Assembly: GCA_976226885.1 (NCBI GenBank) | Contig: OZ320321.1 | Span: 55,614,001-55,678,000, forward strand | Reading direction: 5' to 3' | DNA from: Iphione sp. A-MEVVRFRX5 | Lineage: Eukaryota | Length of the DNA stretch: 64,000 bases | Translations under genes and position numbers: made by a program | The notes under the pieces: generated by a model | What the model was told of the DNA's origin: nothing | What the model saw: the letters and a program-made list of their open reading frames with translations, nothing else | Database searches by the model: none | In this document: in pieces, positions 45,901 to 61,309 of the stretch | How the letters are laid out: every line of letters begins with the position of its first letter | Numbering within the stretch: position 1 is the first letter of the stretch

Positions 45901-48900
45901 GATTATCAAGTCAGTTCAACTTACAAGTGTTGACTTAAAAAGAAATAGCGAGCGGCAGGAAAGAGCTACAAAACATGCTGTTCGTGGTGCTACATTCATT
46001 AGTAGTTTATTATGAAGTGGGGATTCACGGAGGAGGCTGCAGTTTATTGGCACCTTGCATTGCACCAATTGTATACCGTCTATTATGGGCGACGAGGCAG
46101 TTCGGGAGACTTACGGCCCACCGGATCAGGCTTTGAACCGGCCAAGTAGTCACGTAGCGGTTGAGGTTTTCCCCATCAAGGCGGCCACAAAGAAGCTATG
46201 TTTATGGGGGTGGTTCCTTTCGTCTCAGAGTAAAGAGGTTGCCTTTGAAGGCAAACCTGGTCTACGCATATGTAGGAGTATATATTCTCTCAGACTGATG
46301 ACACATATAAGATCCTAAATCTATTCCCATGATTAAAAGTCCTTTCCCGAGAGATATGCTCTGGGAACCTCGGATTTTCCAATAAATATTTAAGCATCGG
46401 GATAAATGTATTTCTGAAATGACCCTTTCATTATATCAATCTCAAAACGGGTAATGCGTTGCCTTAAACCTACCAAAAACAGGTGACTTCCCCAAGAGAG
46501 CCAACACGAAGCAATAATCTGTTTCGATCGAGAAAAGGAAAAATAGTATGCATGAATACGTACTGAAGAGAGAAATGCCTTACTCACTCCGGAGTTTCGA
46601 GTAATGTGGAGACAGCCACATAGAGGTGGCTGATATATCCCTGCAAATATACACAGTGACACTTCAAAACATCCCTCCGCCAGCCCTAGGGGCTTGCCAA
46701 AGGTCAGGGTAATGAATATGGCATAGCAGCCTGGTCGCTTGAAATGACGCTAAGGCATAGCTGATGACACTGACACACAAATACCGGCCCCTGCCAGGAG
46801 GGCCCAGAGGCCTGTCCCCAGAACAATACTACCCACATTACGATAAGGATGCCGATAACCACACAGTCGACAAAATAATATTACAATAACGCAACTTGCA
46901 AGTGACAGCTTCCATTTATACATACGCAAAATGTATCGATCAGTCCAGGCTCGGAGAGACACCAAGTCGCACTTATATCAAGAACGAATTTTTCTAGCTA
47001 ATATCCTATTAATGTAACTATCCCTTTAATGAATAGGTGATACTTTTTCCCCAAATCTACATGGACATGGCGATATCACATACTTGCAGCTATACAGCAC
47101 ACGCAAGGTGGTGCAATTCGAGGCACGTGAACCGGGACAGTAACCGTCAGAATTGTGATTTGCGCCTCTCGCAATGATAATTATGCCCTTATGGTTAGGG
47201 GCGAAAGGGCACTCAGCGTGTAGGGATTGTCATTATTGGCCGCTTGTAGGAACTGCCTTCCAACGACATAGGCCGCTGTGACAAAGGAAGTAATGTTGTT
47301 CGTGCTAGAGGGGGAAGCGCAGCATATCTTACGTTGGACGACTGTGTTTTAATACAGGCACCCAAATACCTGTTATCTCTCAATTCTCTTCATCTGCGAG
47401 CTGGTGTCTAATATACATGTATACAGCTACAGAAAGGCACGGGAACCATGGGATAAACATGTGGTAGATGGAGAGACAGAGAGACGGATACAGTTTACGC
47501 ACCACGCTCCAGTCTGGGTGGATATATGGGACTGCGGAAAAGGCGCGGCAATGCCATAATCGCGTTAGGGCGATTACCTGGAATGACACGGGGGGGGGGG
47601 GGATAAAGACAGAGCGACGACTATAGGCAGGTGGCTACGCCGCTCAGGGAAGCTTAAGCCCAGGGGGGGGGAGGGGAATGCTCCTTTTGACCGGTTCATC
47701 CTTGCCGAGCCAAAGTATAGGCCCTAGGATCTACCGCCTCGTGGGGCCATGAAGTGTAAATGGCTGTGGATCAGAGAGGTAACATTCCGTCGAGGAAGTG
47801 CAGGTGTTAAATGCCCCCCTGGTAGGTATTTTTTCCATCACCAGTGTTATTAAACTCTATATACATCGTACACAAGGCGGATAACTTTCCGGAAGAACTG
47901 GAAGATTATTTTTCACCATAATTATGCAGCTACATATTTATGAGAGAAGAGCGCTATGGTCACATTGAAAAACGTTCTGGAAAGCGTAGCCATGCATGCA
48001 TCAGATATTTACATGGCAAGTCCCCAGCATAATATCTGATGGTGCAATTTACTGCAATGGTGAGTTATTGTCCCATATGCACGAGCCGATAACCATCTCT
48101 TCGTAATTAGGCAAAAGTTCTGACTAAGCTTCCAACTGTACCTTGACAGCAGATTACATTAGGGAAAAGGACGTCTCCTTGCTCCCCATGCATTTAGGAT
48201 GGTAGAAAGCATCCCACGATTGATTTGCCGGTAAGACTTGCCACTCGGGAACCCAAGCCTTGTTTTCTCTTATTCATGCGACCAGTGCTGTAAATTGAAC
48301 ATTGATTCCCTCCGTTACCAATCGCTATACGATGAATACATTCTCTAATTGGTTCACCTACAGTTCCCATTGTGTACTGGAAATTAACTCTCCTGGGGTT
48401 AATATATTTATCTTCAAGCAGTACTCGTATAGAATGATGACAGATAAGTACATTTTCCTCTGCAATTGCATTCCTACTTTGCCGTACTCATAGTTGGCCA
48501 TGGTGAAAATACTTCGACCCCATCGCATTAACAGAACGAACTCTTAAAGAGACGTCACGTCACTAGCGTTCTTGACGTGCCACCTGGATTCACTTAAACG
48601 ACAAACCGTACAACGATGTGCACTGAACAGTCAGAGAGGCTGCGTTAAAAAGGAGGCACAAAGAATCTTTGAGAGAACCTTTAAGAATATACATATTTAT
48701 GCGTATAAAATGTATGTATGGAGAAAGGCGTACACTGTGGATGTATTTCAAGAGTTCAAGAGTTCACATGGGACGACAGATTTCGAAGGAAAATTGTCTT
48801 AAATATAATTTACCAAATTAAAAGATTATCTCCATCAAATTCTACGCCATGTTAATCTTTATTACGATGTAACTTGATGATATATAGCAATGCAAAATTT

Positions 48901-51900
48901 GTATGCTTTTGTGTCGTCGAATATGCTGCTTCACTCGGTGAATTCGTGAATAAAACCTCCAGAACTTAAAATGGCCACGTTTCTGCGTGCACAGTTGGAC
49001 TTTGGCGTCGTGACCGAATCCCTTACAACAAATGTGATTTCATCTGATTGTAAATTAACGACTGTCTGTAGTACCTTTAGGAGGGGAGAGAACGGTGGCG
49101 ACAGCAGCTATCATCTAATTAGTACACTTCCGGAACATTGTACCATTTTGTAAACATTTACCTAACAGCAAGGCTATGCATGTGTTTTTGCTAGTAGAGC
49201 CTATTAATTACAAAGAAACACTACTGCTTTCACGCTGTATTTTCTACATAAAATTAGCAATAGCTGATTTGCGTGACGGTATCCATCAACGATTAAATAA
49301 TCGGGGAAGGTTTGTGGTGGTTTTATACATATTTGGATGGCGTTTTAACTCGCGAATCATCGCATTAATCTCAGCAAGAGAAACTAAAGAGGATGGGTGG
49401 TCGTCCAAGTTATTGAGTGGGCATCGAACCACCCAGGTTGAAGTTAATTAATGGAGGTGATCTGAAACCACTGTGCTGAGACGATGATGAATCACGTTAA
49501 CAAAGGCGCAGGAAGCTAAGTTCATCAGCCCTGGTGTTAATCTTAATATAATGCGTAGACAGTATGCTACAAGGTACCAGTAAGTACAACCGAAATGTAA
49601 ATTAATGGTCAACCTGCACAGGAGACCCAAGCCCTCCAAGAACCAAACGTGTATTTACATTATTTTTATTAAAGCACGATGGACACCAGCTTAAGCGAGA
49701 GACCAAAACTGACGAATCAAACGCCTGGTTTCATTCGAGGATTTCTACACTTCATTGTATAACGTGCTCCTGAGTTTGGGAGACTGAGGTATATAACACT
49801 TCTCGTAGTCGTTGTGTATCTGAGTGGGGTTTTAATCGATGAAGCACAATGGTCCCTATACATTCATGTATATTGAGCCTCCTAGTTACAGATATGTACA
49901 TCATCTCTGGCTCTACAGTGTAACTAATGATCAGATATCATTGATACATTTAGTGCCTATCCATGTCCCCTTATGCAAATCTCAACCCACTTGTCATATT
50001 CCCAGATTAATATAAGCATGTTAGTTAAGCATGTTAGTTAACTCCATTCTTAAACAAGCCTGTACCAAAATAGCCAAGATTACATGGCTCCGGTGTGTGC
50101 TGGACAAGGTTTTCAGAGTGTTTACCACCATGGGTTCAGCCAGTAGAGCAATCTAGATTCAGACGCCTGCAGGTTTGCAGCGAAGGCTAAGCTGTCAGTA
50201 CAGATCAATTTATGTGAGGACACTGACATTTGCTAACATCACTCAAACTAGCCCGACGCTGCCTCTACAGTAGGAACATATTTTGAGCATGCTACGAACG
50301 TAGGGTTCAACCACAGCGAAAAATAGATGAGCGTATCGTGTTTCTGTGGTGAGTAAATTTATTGGGGCTTATACTTTTAGGACTGATAGTTCTGTTTCTT
50401 ATAACAGGGTAAGGGGTTGAGGCAAACATACAAGAAGGTCCTGCCAAAATGTAAGTATATTTACAACTGGCACTTTAATAATTGACGGTGCTGGCCCAGT
50501 CAAAAATCAGAAATCTCACTCATCTTTCAGGCCTCTTAAGAAAGAGGATGATTAGCAACGTATATACAGCACACACACAAAGTTCTGCAATCCGAATTTA
50601 CCCAAAGCATCTCAGCAAGTGTATTTTGGGCATGGTGAGAACTTGGGCAGCTATACTGGCAGAATTCAACTGAAAATACAGCTAAACCCCGTACCACATT
50701 GTTGTTATCTAACGAAAGATCTTCCTTAGTGTAGTATATGCTCACAGGGAAAGCAGAGTACGAAATACTTTACTCTAGAAATCAAAATAGGTACGACACA
50801 GGGTGGTTAACTCGCCCTCCATTATATTACCAACAACAGCTACAGAAAGATGACCCGCTCCTGTACAGCATGGGAAGTATTACGAGAGCATCACTTCAAT
50901 TCCGAGCTCCCCGACCTCCTCTCGAACCATGGCTTTGTCTTTCAACTGGTTAGACTGCCGTCTAATTCATAATTGCTCGAAGCAATTACTTGAAAATCCG
51001 GAAGCATTAAAGGCAAAAATGACTTCCTCTGCCTCTCTCAGGTCTCTCCATTTTCTTCCTGAAAACGTTGCATGTCCATAAAAGTAGGGTGTGCTTAAAT
51101 TTCGCTGCCCTGCTGCAAGCGAGGCGTTTTTGTGATTCTAAACTCGGGGTCTACGGCAGTTTATCTGCTCTTTTTATAACGTTGAGAACAGCAAATGCAC
51201 CAAGTATCATTTCCGCTGCGTTTTCCGTTGTTGGATATCACTTGTCAGTTACTATGACGTGGTTGACGATAGCTTAAATCAAGTTACAACCCCAGCTTGA
51301 GATTTAACAACCATCAAAACTTTAAACCTGTGGCTCTTGGAGTCCCACCGTCTATAGTTGGGGAAGTAAAAAGTTGGAAGTAGGATCTCCACAGACCATT
51401 ACTCTATGTTTCATGGGGGGATGTCCTAACTGGTTAAGCAAGACCCGGTAAAACTATGGAAACGATCCTGTTACCCTCTTCTTTCTAGCTCTCCAGCGTT
51501 CCTGAAAGAGGTGATGGCTGTCATGGAGACGCCAACAAAGGTCCCCCCAGGATGCGTCAGCCGCCACCTCTTCACGTGCTCTTGAAAAAAAAGAAACTGC
51601 GCCTAACCTAAAGAAAAAGCATCAACAGGATTCACTTCAACCTAAGCATATTTCTGCAACACCTATGCTGCAACAGTGCGCTGTAATGATGATGATGTCG
51701 GAGAGAGCAAAAATTTCTGGAATATCAGAAGGTACCTTTGTATTAACGACTGGAGGGCATATTCATAGGCATTAATATAAACAGATCAAGCAACTTTTTC
51801 GGGGGGGGGGGGTATGGAAAGACTAATATATGTCATATGACGATATTATGTATCAAACATCCACTATGAAAATAGTTGTTTCTCTTGCTTTTGTATGATA

Positions 51901-54900
51901 CATGATATGATAAATAGCAAGAATATAATACATCAAAATAACTTGCAATTATGAGTCAAATATGAAATGGTTAGAAGCAAAACGCTTATTAAGCAGTACA
52001 CAAGAAATTACATGTCAAATCAGAAATGTACTTACAATGTCTTCAGGATGCAATCGCAATGTGTACACCTACCTGAAAAGACAAAGAAAACAATCTAAGT
52101 ACACAGCAATCTAAATCTGATTCAAACACTGCAAATCATTTATTTGGCAATGAGAAGAAAACGATAGACCAAATAAATAAATAAGTGTAAGCAGATTACA
52201 ATTGCACTGTATAGATTAAATTCATCATTAACGCAATTTTAAACACGATGTTATCACCGTGTAAAGTTCTCTTTTATAGCCATCATTAAAGTTTGGCAAT
52301 GCAACGGACATAGTATTTTTTATGAAATGCATTCTGCGCACTACCTAATCTGTTTCAGGATGCTATCAATAATACTATCCCAGTTTTCATGAGTACGGCA
52401 GACTTTATGTAAAATCCCTTTGGGTTTCTATTTATAAAGCACCATACACGGAAGTCCCCGTTCGTCTTCCTTTGCCACGTCTTCTTTGCTCGCTGTGTGT
52501 CTCATGCAAAGACTACATCAAAGAGCAGCAGCATCGCAAACATCATCCCCGACATGGGGCATGACTGAAAGACACCAGTGCCAAGCAGCAGAAAGACCGT
52601 TGTCTGCGAGGAAAACTTCGACATGCTCATCCCTCTAATAATACCTCCAATGCCTTCAGGGTCTTTCAGACACGAGGGTCGCGCTGTTGGCAACGAATCG
52701 CCAAAGGAATTCGTTAGGCCGGATTATCTTCCAGTTATTTCCCTAGGAAGAAAACGGGACCGAGGTTTATGTTAAAGCTCTAAATTTTACTCTCTTCCTT
52801 GCTGCCTGAAACCACATGAAGAGATCTTTGTCGACCACATGTCGGACACAGTGCCATGTACAAAAAGTGCCTCAAGTTAAAAAAAGGAAAGATGCTAAAA
52901 AGATTCATTTCACACTTGCTTCAGTTCACGTTTGTTATGTGTATATATGTACTTCAATTATATTCTCGCTTCCAGAATGCCGTGCCGACTTCTCCCTCTT
53001 ATCTCTTTGACACTCAGTCCTTTTCTCTCTTATCCTCCATCTATTCAGCATCTCTAGGCCTATTTGCGGCCCGCTCATCATATTGACATTAGGGACACTA
53101 GTTATGTTTTATACGTGGAAAAACAATTGCAGGCCTAGGCACTCCAGTAGCGGCAGTCATTATTCCTCCGTCGACATGATGGTCCGGAGACTGTATGTGT
53201 GGTCCCCAACAACGCAGAGACTCCTTTTTCTTTATATTTTTTCTCAACTTCTTTTGTTTCTGTTATGTCAAGCGTTAACGACTTTATATACATGTACACA
53301 TGTATTTCTCACGAGCGATCCGCTGTTCCAACGGGAAAACTGCATGCCCTCAATGCACCTACTGAGTTTAGTTCGCATGCTGCAATAGCCAACACTTCTG
53401 CTTATTCTATGCTGCAGACTGAATCAGCTGAAACCAATTTTTTTAAAAGTTGTTTTTATGTTTATTTTTTGTGCCAGAAAATCTAGTCAGGCACATTTTG
53501 GTAAACATACGTATCCTATCAAATGCACGGTCCCAAATACATGTATTTCGTGATGAAACCGCATCCTAAAGTAGCAAGTAAGTTCTAGATCCGAAAACTA
53601 ATGTAGATCACATCAAGCTGATCTGCATTTCTACTACGGCCCGGGGCTCCGTGCAGAATGCTTGTTATACTGACATATGACAGATCCCTGTAATGCGTTG
53701 CAGCACCATTGCTCTTTGCTCGTTCCTCAGGCACACATTTGCTCCATACACTGTGCAGTTTGAGTAAAGTAGAGAGAGACAGCTGTCGCTCAGTGAAAAA
53801 TATTGGCTGCCGTCTTCGAGCCGTACTCTTGAATAGGGGACGGGGTTGGCGCTTAGGACAGGAATGTATACTCATTTCCATAGCAGATCTGTCAGGGAAA
53901 GCTCTATGACAGAAGACAGACAATGGCATCGGAATCATAGATGTGCCTTATTTTCTCATTCGGCGCTTGACATGTACCGATATATTAAAGCAAACGAAAA
54001 GCACCCGAAACCCTTGTTTTCCACATGCTTACCTTAAAATAATATTCACAGTTACACTAATGATTGCAAACGATGATAGGTGAGGAAATAGACGGCTCGG
54101 ACCATCACTAAATTGTTATACAAATCAACAGGGAGGCTTTCTATGCAAGAATAGCCAGCGGCAAACATGCAACATTTATGGACACGATCGCACATTACCT
54201 TTCTCTATATAACATACACACATACATGTTTTGTTTCCAAAGACAGCGTTGTCAAATGAACAGGGCTTACGGAATCGGTTTAGGTGAAAATACGCCCATA
54301 ATACTGTTATCATGAACTCAAGGTTCCAACTGTCACTAAAGCGCCATGAGAGTCGTACTAGTAACCCCAGAAGCTGCATGAAAGATATGTCTCCCATATT
54401 AGCGAGAGACAATCCGACCTGCTATATTTACTTCTGCATACATATTTTATTTCCATCGTAGAGACAATGATCAAAATTGATTGTTTCCGTTGCCAGCAGA
54501 GATGAATTCCCTGACTAATAAGATGACATTTATAGTGTAATGCAAATGCGATTAGACGCCTGATGAACTTATTTGTCCTTAGATCGATGGCAGCATATAT
54601 TGGAGAAGAGCACAGAATATAAAAGCCATGAGCTACTTTGTCCGCACATCTTGACAAGAATTCGACTCACTAACGTCCAAAATGGCCCTGAAAGAAATCT
54701 TGGATGTATGTATTTACTGTGCGACAAATTATCGATCATTTGATACAAGTAAGATGTAAAAATCATCTTTATATGGAAAACGATTCTCTGAACTCAAGGA
54801 CTACTTCAAGAAACGTTACTCTCAAAAGTGTACAGTGTCACCACGAAAATCATAATTTTGTTGTCTCGCTGCTCAATGTTGATACACTGACGACTTCGCA

Positions 54901-57900
54901 GTACCTCATAATACCTCATCCTATAAATACTCACATTAAAAAGATGTAAATAAAACAGAAACGAATGAAAGAAAAAAAACGACTGTTTGTCGGGATAAGT
55001 AGCATCGCAAATGTTTTTGTTACCCAGCGCGAAATGCCAAATCAATGAGCCATAATCAAAATAAATCTATCAATACGGTATCGTTAGGCACGCAACCTTC
55101 ATCTTAGGTGTGGGAAAGAAGCAGCATGACAACATTATGCTGCTTTTCGTTACAAGACCGGGCAACCAAACTTTCTATCGAAAAAATGATTATGTTGAGT
55201 CTAATTAAATACTCTAAATAGGACTTTAGGTTCCCTCAGTCGATGTTGTCTAGTGGCCTTCAAGGACGTCTCCAGAGGAGCCGTTGCACCTATCTACCCA
55301 GTGGTGCTGCAAGCACCTTTTAGCGACGAGGTCTCAATCTATTGCTCTGATATGAAGGCTTCAAAAGCAGCATGAATTACTTAATTCTAAACAGTCAATA
55401 CAACAAGACGACAGACATTTCCCAGTATCCAGTCCATGTTTCCAACATTGATCAGGCAATTTTGACCTAATTTAACTTTACTTTCAGTAAGCAACCAATA
55501 TTTTAATCAATAGAGAACAAAAAGTTCACCGTGGTCGATAAGCGAGTATAAGAAAAGGTGTGACGCGCCTGAAAACAAAGTATGAATGGTCCTAGGTAAC
55601 GTCAGGACATCATTAAAGACACTGTTTTGTGCTGGCCCATGCGCCTGGTGCATAGCATGGCTAATGAGTACAAAGGACTACACTGATTACTATTTACATG
55701 ATCCTAATTAAATCTCTGTAGTCTAAGGATCATTAATGATCAAATACAAATTTAAAAGAAAATCTGCGCTAACGATCACACTAATCAGCATCTAGCCACC
55801 TGTGAAAGAACGTGGTTTGTGCTACTGGAAGTTCCTAAATCTTATACTGAGGCTAATACTTATACCTTCAAGGGTTCATCCAGTTCTTTGCCTTTTCTCT
55901 TTTTCTCTTTTGTTTTCTGGGTGAGCCTTTAACAAGAACTTATCTTCATTACTTCATCAGAATATCGTTTCCCAAACATTCTTTCGTAGTAATTATTAAT
56001 AACAGTGAGAGACGAATATCAACTGAAGGTAAAGTCTAGAGACAGTTCAAATTTCGACTTTATATGGAACCCGCTGCAATAAATGGATCCCTACAAAGCA
56101 TTTGGCGCTCAGGTACACAGAAGACATAATCCTTGTCTGTTGTACTAATTAAATATAATTACAGGAAAATTTAGGGTACGCACTTGAAAGGCATGATGTT
56201 AAAACGGATTGAATGATAACGTTTTGAAAGTCAATATTCAGTGTTGTCATGTCAAAGTACAATCAGGTCCGTGGGATGGACTTTTTGGGATCCACTCTGA
56301 ATAGAATGATAACATTCCACCAAAGCTTACTTTTTTCCTTTCCATGTCACTTGCGTAGGCATCTGACAGAGTGAAACACTTCATCGACCATACCCCAAGA
56401 ATTAACGCTTTTCCTTCGCAAATTCATTCCTGAGACTATCAGAGAGCTTACTTCAGTAACCATTGGCCTGAACAGTCTTATCTCCTAACCAGTGCTCCTG
56501 CACTGGTTAAGCTGGCACTGGTGGCTGGAATGTCTGCACTGTGGGCCGTTAAATGGCTTCATCAGTCGACCCTCCCGAATAATTGGGATACAAGCCGCAG
56601 GGTCACAATTGCCTCATTTCCGCACTACTGTTGGTTTATTCATCGAAAACTTCGTTTATAATTAACCTTGCCCAAGCAAAAAGGACACCACCAAATATTT
56701 ACACGGAGGAAAAAAAAGAGGAAATGATCACACGGCCTGACTAGAAACGGGAGCCGGAAAAGCAAGACACGTAGAGAACTTCAGTTCCAATAAGGTCACT
56801 TTGCGTGTTGTTAGTTACGGGACCCTGGTAGATGCTAGTGGTCGCTATATTTGTCACTTCGACGTAAAACCTGACAATCTGATAATAAGGATATCATGAC
56901 TTTCCATCAAAGCTCTCAGATGCAGTTTTTCTAGCCTCAGTAGCTCGTCGTCCATTCCAATATCTTAGGCAATATACGGCTTGAAGAGTGCCATTTGAAG
57001 CAGATACAATACGATGTATATCGGACAGAATCCGGCACCACAACAATAACGATGCTATGCATATTTTGCTCTATACGGGTCTGGCACTTACTAGCAATTC
57101 GGTTCATGACTCTGCTCGAGGTGGATGTGTGCTCTAGGTCAGCCGTCGATAAAAACATGTATAGCGGGTCTCCTGTCTCTGCTGGGACCAGGACCTTAGC
57201 TATAATGTCCTTAGACGGTTCAATATGTCTGCGCACACAGCGCCGTTAGCCCGTGGTGCGAGCATTGTGGACCTTTCTGGCTGGCTACAGCGAGAGCCAC
57301 GCATGGTGCCATTCGTCATCCGTGCTCCGGCGTATAGAAGGACAGGGCCGGCCGTAGCAGGGCTGGCAAACCGTCCTAACTATGCACAAAGCACTGGGAT
57401 TAGGCCCCTGGTTTGCAGTCCTCTATACAGGCCCGAACGACTTGAGGTGGACATTACCGCCGTCGGCAGTTGGAGGCCCTTGTTGAGGCAAATCAGCAAG
57501 CGGGCTGGCCGGTACAAGACGTAGAAAAAGGACCTGGAGGCACTGCAACTCCAGATTGCCAACAGCAGTTGTAATGTTCGTGTCTGCTATCCTGTTCATG
57601 ATGGACTAACCCCCTTGTTGACGGGCATTCCATCTACTAACCAGAGACCGGCCAAAACAGCACCCCACAGGCATCTTTGGTAGTTGCCCTTCACCAGGAG
57701 AATACTATAGATGGACTTCATCGACCGCCCATCCCCCCTCCCCCTCCTCCTCCTTTTGAGCAGATGCCGGCGTAATACACACCGGCGCAGCTCGCACATA
57801 TAAGGGAAAGCCAACGTGTATGAGAATATCTGGGTTAATTTCAGCCACTTGGGGCGGTGTATGCATATCGCAACTAACCTTGGTCTTACAATAGGCTTTA

Positions 57901-60469
57901 CGTCCGAGCATATCCATATCTTCGGTAATCTAGTAGTCGACCGAGATGTCGCCGTACCCACTGCGTACGCACTAGTTGCTACTAATTCCTCGGTGCACCT
58001 TATGCATTTGAACGGCATTCATAAGGATATACGATACGATGTTAGTGGCTTCTTGCTGTCATTAAAGGGAGGATGGGGTCTTCAACAGTGTTTACCTTTT
58101 CTTTAAAAAGAATGCGTGCGATGTTTTAGTGAAACATTGATTGTAACGGAAAGCTGAAATCGAAACGTTAAAAATTCCCAAGGGTATTTACGACAAAATG
58201 TTAAAACATGACGTTCCGCAGAACTGAAATTATTACGATAGGGGTCAATAAAGTGGGTAGCCAAGGGTCGATTAGAAGCGGATACTGCAGGTACCCCTGC
58301 ATGGTACGTAATGGAGGTAAAGATTACCTTCTCTTAGATAATTACATGCTTGTGTATACTTTATTCCTGACTAAGCTATCATCAGAATAAAGGACAGGGA
58401 CCAGACCACACTGTTGATTGGATAGCCGGAGGCACGGATGCCACAACAAGAGGGCATTGACAGTGTTTCCGCTGTGCATCGCCAACCCCCTTGACGCCAT
58501 CCATAATGCAAGGACTGGTCAGTGTGGGTGCGACGACACTGAAGTTATTAGGCCCCGTCATATCCTTTGAGGCCCGTAAAACAACAAGGAACGAGATGAG
58601 TATTGGGTACCGGAGCGCCATCAATACCACAACTTCCATTTTAAGTATGCGGGGTGTGTGTTTGTCACATGGTCAAGGGTGGATAAATTGCTAAGTATTT
58701 ATAGCAGGCATTTTGGAAACTAGAAAGTCTTGCTTCTAACCTAGCTGGTTAATGTATAATTCGTGTGCTATGCGGCTTTCTGTGGACTGCCAGTATTAAA
58801 GGTGGGGGGAGGGGCAATCCATCAGCATCGCACTGGAAAAGGCAATTCTCACCGAGCTCACTGCAGCGAGATTTATTCTATCGTTTGAGAGACATTACAC
58901 TGCATCTATAAATAGTGCGTGAGTGGTTTACGCGGAGGTGACGGTAAGCCGCTCGCCAAACCACCAAGGCTTCCGCACGGGTGGGTCGCTCAGCAACTAC
59001 AAACGGCAAGCGCTTCATGCTCGGTGGGCGGCACTTCCTTAAGAGTTATTCATGTTCTCCCTTGGTGCTCACTTATATATCTCTTTGACTGTGACTGACT
59101 AACATCACGACCACGAATCTGCAGACATTCGCGGCCCCCCCCCCTCCCCACCTCCCTCGTTCTCAGCTTCTGGGAGCACGAGGGGTCAAGCTGCAACTCG
59201 ACTATTCGTGTACAACTGCTGTGGGCTTGCCGTATTCTGTCGGGCACCTGCTTCCAGCCTCGCCAGTTACCACGCGTGAAGTTTTCAGCACCAAGTGTAA
59301 CACGAGATTCTGTCATCTTAAAAAAAGAATTGCACATGATGGCTAGCCCTTCCCTTAAGAAAAAGGTAAATCGATTGTGAAGAGTCTCGCAGAATTAACA
59401 TCCCTTTCTTTTATCCTCCTCATATTGCAACCATGAGACTCTATCTACGTCTTTTTATGGTCTGTGTCTTTCCGGATCAAGGCCATAAAGATGGGACAAG
59501 TCAATATATACTACTTCCCACTTCCACGCTAGTCAAATAAACCTTAAAAGAAACTTGCTCGTCAAAAGACCATAGTAACGTGTATGTGCTGTTAGCAGAG
59601 ACGTGTCCACGTAATATCTCGAGGGACAAGCACCATCGGCAGCAAGCTGAGTATCGCCGTCAATTGAGGCGATTTGGAAATCTGCCACGACAGGCAACGG
59701 CGTAATATATATATCGGGAGAAGCCAAATTATGCAGCGAACAATGCTTGCCATAGATAAATGATAAATTGCTACCGATTGTAACCATTGCTACTGGTCGT
59801 GGGAAGAAATTATGATGTGAATAACAAAAACAAAAAGAAATGTAGCATCGTGAATGCACACGTTAAAATAAGTTTGCATAACAGTGGGGCGGCGTAGTCA
59901 TTTTCTCCTTCTTCTGCCCATGCATACCCTATCGAGATTGGCAAGACCCATTCAATTAGGACACTGCAACCAGCATGAAAACAGGAGGACGCTGACCTCA
60001 ACAGAGACGACAAAGCTTTGTAGCCTGGGGTCTCTGAACGATGCTTTGTGTAGTGCAGCAAAACCCACATATCATACATCTGTGATAATGTAGGCTATAA
60101 AGCAGCGACGGAGGGGCTGCGACAATGACTAGAAATAGTTTCATCACAGCGAGGCAAGAATATCTGCGGTTTTCCCCCAGGGTACTGTCAGGCCGGGTTG
60201 AGGGTGTGGTGGGCTAGGACGTCAGGAAGATGGGGTGGCTACCTGGGGACCTCCAGCGGATCAGGTGTCTTCACCGGCGATCCCGTTCTCTTGTTCTCTC
60301 CACCCATTCAACCGACCATCGGCCCCGCCAGACAGACGCATAGATTCGTCTTGTCAGAGATTGAATCTGACACTCAATCATGCAGCTGCCGCAAGTGGCA
60401 GGAATAGATTCAGGCCACAATCAACGTATCTTCTAAGTGAGTCACAGCAGCTCAACGGCTCCCTCTCTA

Positions 60470-60722
60470 AGGGAAGTCAGAGTGGATGGATGTGACATAT
60501 ACAGTGCTCGTCAGAGAGCCTGATGTGGGTAATTCAAAACCGAGCATGGGGATCAATGAAGTAAGAAACATTCCCGCCGTTTTATGTACAAGTTCTTTAT
60601 GTAAATGTACGACTGTAGTTTTAGGATTGGTGGTATTAATTCGTGAGCATCTTTTGTAAATCAACCTGTTTGTGTTGACAACGAATGGCTCAATAAAAGA
60701 TTTCAATCAATCAATCAATCAA
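60470..60722 (+). mobile_element. Probable decayed tRNA-derived SINE
   Basis: A-box-like agtcagagtgg (~60475-60485) and B-box-like aattcaaaacc (60531-60541; 3 G>A changes from GGTTCGANNCC), a ~150-bp body, AATAAA (60692-60697) and a (TCAA)n tail (60703-60722). Confidence 0.45.
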
Positions 60723-61309
60723 AATCTGTTTTACACGTCATTGGTGATCGAAAACAGTTCATTCAGCTTTTTTGCGAGAGTGTTCGTTTTGTTTCATGTC
60801 CGCTAATAATGTCATGTAACATTATGAATATGCGCTTGCATCATAGCACTTCCAGTAGCGTTTCTGTACACGAACATACGAATGCAGTCCCTCTTTCCAC
60901 TCTGATTCTTGGGGCCTTTTTAGGCAGGCGATATAAGCAGCACGACATGGAAGGTCGGGTTGTCAGGAGGAAATGTAGGGTTTAGAGAGGAAGTCCATTT
61001 TTTCTTGCCAAGTCACGTCTTACAGGGGTCAATAGTTATAATGATGTGTTGGTACTAGAGGGTAGAGAAGTAGGGTTGCAGATTGTGCCAACCGCTCCAC
61101 AAACTTCGCCACTGCCATAGAAACCCCTTACAGCACTCGACCTTCCGCTGCTACCAACTGACATTCCACCTGCAAGGAATGGTGTTCACACCAGCCAATA
61201 CCCAATTAACTCTGAGAAGAGAGCCCACTCAGACATGCGGCGGGTCACGCCCACCTGCTGCCCACTTCTGGTTGCCTAAGGTTAGGAAGGCCACTACGTT
61301 AGGGTGAAG

